Shown: positions 61,069-64,000 of the stretch, piece after piece | Layout: each line of letters begins with the position of its first letter | How positions within the stretch are numbered: position 1 is the first letter of the stretch | Assembly: GCF_963921235.1 (NCBI RefSeq) | Contig: NC_086097.1 | Coordinates: 139,440,001-139,504,000, forward strand | DNA length: 64,000 nt | From: Mobula hypostoma | Taxonomy: Eukaryota | Direction: 5' to 3' | The notes under the pieces: generated by a model | What the model was told of the DNA's origin: nothing | Databases searched by the model: none | The model's input: only the letters and a program-made list of their open reading frames with translations | Translations under genes and position numbers: made by a program

Positions 61069-62984
61069 CTAAAAAGAAAAACAGATACACAGACTCTTAG
61101 GATAAGGAAAACACAGCAAAATATTACATGGAGAGGTTATAAAGATGAAATAAAACATTTAAAATCTGACCTTATGCAATTTTATTCGATGTTGCAAATA
61201 AGTAAATGGAGAATATAACTCATATCTGTAACATTCTCAGATTTTCCATGTGACGTGCAAGGTACCTGTCATTAACCTATTCTGTCCTGCACAACGTAAT
61301 TCAAAATGCAATTTTCAACTCTAAAACTACTGGGACAGTAAATGATGGGCAAATACTACACCACTAAAAAATTACCTTAATTGTCTGCTGCATGAAGCTT
61401 CATAGAAAAAATATTACACCTTATGATGTTGACAAGAGTTAAGAGCTGTGAAGTTTAATTGTAGCATACTACCTTGTACATCAAGGAATCTGAGAAGGTT
61501 GCGGCTTGGTTATTTTATTCACACTTTTCATTCCAAATTATTACAAGTTTTGGTTACTTATCAGTTTGAAAAATTATTTCAGCTTTAAAAGGACAGTATT
61601 TCTTCTGAGTGTGCCACTCAATTTGAAGTTTAAAGCCACAACAACCTCCAAATTGAAAACATTAAGAGTACTTGAATTATTGTATCCGTTAATAGTTTTA
61701 CAAGGTCATGGAAATTTAGAAATACTGTCTTCAAACTCCATGTTTTTAAAAATGTGTATTTCCTTTACAGCATTCATAAACAAGAAAATGGTTAAGAAAA
61801 TAGTTACGATTGTGGACCAGTCACAAAATACTAGTTCAGCACTTGTCCAAGAACTCAAACACAAAATGTAAACCTTCTTCAAACCACATGAAATTTGGGG
61901 TGTTTCAAGCATCAGAGACATCATAATGCTGATCATGGGGGCCTTTGCTCCCCATTTAAAATTCTTAGCAAGATTAAATTAATTTCAATTACAACAACTT
62001 TAGAATGGTGTGATACAAATGGTACTCTGTAAACAAATCTGATATTGATAGAAAATTGAGTTTTAACTTCCCTTTGCTGAAGTGTAGGGAGGAATTTAGA
62101 ACCACAAGGTGGAAAATTAGTTTATCCCAGTGTAGGCATCTTCTCTGACCAGGAAAAGCAGTGTTGGATTTCACAGAAGTATGACTTTTGTGCCAGGATA
62201 AAAATTTGTAGGAAGAGCAGTTAATAAGAATGTGGGGAGGATAGAAAATAGGATTACTATAAGGTTTAGGACAAGGGCTTGACAGCCAATGTAGACTCAG
62301 GAGAGGGCCATAGGGCCTATTCCCATGCTGCATCACTCTATGACAATCATAGGAGCTTTTGTCCACTGACTCATCGGCTGAGAGGGCAGTACCCACTGCA
62401 AGAATTTGCCTGTCTAGCTAATTGCTCACATTTAAATAGCAGAGATGACTATGCAGTGAAATGGATAAACATTTGTGACACAAATAGCAATGTTTTCCTC
62501 AGATTATGAATCTGTGCATTAATCCTGCAGCAATGCATCTGTTCAGAGTGCTGTATTTCATTTAAAAGTAACTTCACATCTTGAATACATGCAGATGGAC
62601 AACACAATCTGAATTGCAAGCCCCTCCTTACAGGCAGGGCAGAAGTACAAGAAACTTATATTGGTACTCATACGTAAAAAAATAAGCCAACAATTATTAT
62701 TGAGGAAACTATTTCTCAGTAATTGACGAGAAGGGCCAAACTTTTGGGAAGCCATACGCTGGGTTAGAAAATGTTACTTAGGGGAATGGAACAAAGACAA
62801 AGTATTTTAAGCCAGGAGTTGCATAAGGTTGCCAGATGTCTGCTTACTAAAGACACCATTTTGTACACCAATGAACAGAAAGAATTTCCTTGAGATGTGT
62901 AAGACAAATCCAGCAACAGTTTCTGTAAAGAAGTTAACAAGTTCAGTGAAGGAACAACTGTAAAGAGAATAAAAGGTGTCTTAC

Positions 62985-63110
62985 TTGGTTAACTGTCCTT
63001 TGTTTTTATTGTTATCAACGCCATTGTATGTAACTGCAGCCAACTTTCTGCTCCTGTAGTTTTCATAATGAACATTGTTGGTTACATCCTTCAGGTCCTG
63101 CATGTGGGTT
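62985..63110 (-). CDS. SEPT7: septin-7 exon ([42 protein letters not shown])
   Basis: AG/GT-bounded, 126 nt; essentially identical to recalled vertebrate SEPT7 (septin unique element region). Confidence 0.97.
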
Positions 63111-63234
63111 CTGTGTAAAGCAGGGAACAAGGTTATGGCTAATGGATAATTAATAATCTTGGAATATCTTTGCAAATTAAGTTCCATAAGTACCACTAAT
63201 ATGTAACCAAGGTGATTAAAACAGCTTTCTTTTC

Positions 63235-63720
63235 ATAAGACATGGAAGCAGGAGTAAGCCCATCAAGTCTGTGCCGCCATGTCATCATGGTTGATTAATT
63301 ATCCCTCTCAACTCCTGCCTTCTCCCTGTAACCTTTGATGCCTTGACTAATCAAGAACCTATCACCCCCCGTTTTAAGTATACTCAACAACTTGGCCTCC
63401 GCAGCCACCTGTCACAATGAATTCCACAGATTCATTGCCTTCTGGCTAAAGAAATTCCTCCTCATCTCTGTTCTAAATGGACATCCCTCTAGTCTGGGGT
63501 TGTACCTTCTGGTCCTAGACTCACCCACTACAGGAACTGTCGTCCCTAAAACCACTCTATCCAGACCTCTCAATATTTGATTGGTTTCAATTAAATCCCA
63601 CCCCCCACCCCCAAACTCCAGTGACTATAGGCCCAGAGTCATCAAATGCTCATCTGTTATCCCTTTCATTCCCGGGATCATTCTCGCAAACAACTTCTTT
63701 CTGGACCCTTTCTAATGCCA
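63235..63720 (-). mobile_element. CR1 LINE 3' fragment
   Basis: Antisense 'MRRNFFSQKAMNLWNSL' remnant and CR1 3' UTR. Confidence 0.75.
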
Positions 63721-64000
63721 GCACTTTTCATCATTATGTGCTGTGTCATATGACGTGGGTGATCATGGTCTTATGACCATGATTGTTCTTGGCAAAATTT
63801 TCTACAGAAGTCATTTGCCATTGCCTTCTTCTGGGCAGTGTCTTTAAAGGATGGGAGTTGCGGTACATGGTTGCCTGTTAGGAGATGAATCTCAACATTG
63901 TATAATGTATACAAAAATTGATAATAAATGTACTTTGAACCAGTTGCTCACACAACCATCCACTACTTGCTCCCATGGCTGCATGTAAGCCTGACTGGGG

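Noticed and set aside
61266..61286. AG/GT-bounded 21-nt segment on minus in the SEPT7 intron
   Set aside because: Contains an in-frame TAG and has weak splice signals. It could be a poison exon, but nothing here supports that.
61473..61489. Second candidate SEPT7 microexon (17 nt, cag|...|gtagta on minus)
   Set aside because: Not a multiple of 3 and has a weak pyrimidine tract; unsupported without RNA data.

Overview
Vertebrate genomic DNA, most likely a cartilaginous fish such as a ray, judged from the CR1, Penelope-like and V-SINE repeat landscape (inference). Two convergent spliced genes are present. On +, 15 well-supported exons and one probable terminal exon (3043-31708) encode the C-terminal part of a fibrocystin-L (PKHD1L1)-like protein. 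Two of these exons carry frameshifts with premature stops (about 9270 and about 28029), so this copy is either a recent pseudogene/null allele or misassembled. On -, the last four constitutive coding exons of SEPT7 lie at 47585-63110, plus an in-frame 21-nt microexon at 61048-61068 that the ORF track does not show. The rest is mobile DNA: four large CR1 LINEs, an L1-clade LINE, an internally deleted Tc1 element, a Tc1-type MITE, a solo LTR, SINEs, a HERO/R2-group 3' fragment, minisatellites, and Penelope-like terminal repeats with a minimal hammerhead ribozyme motif. No prokaryotic-type system (CRISPR, operon) is supported. Homology calls come from recalled protein and repeat sequences, not from database searches.
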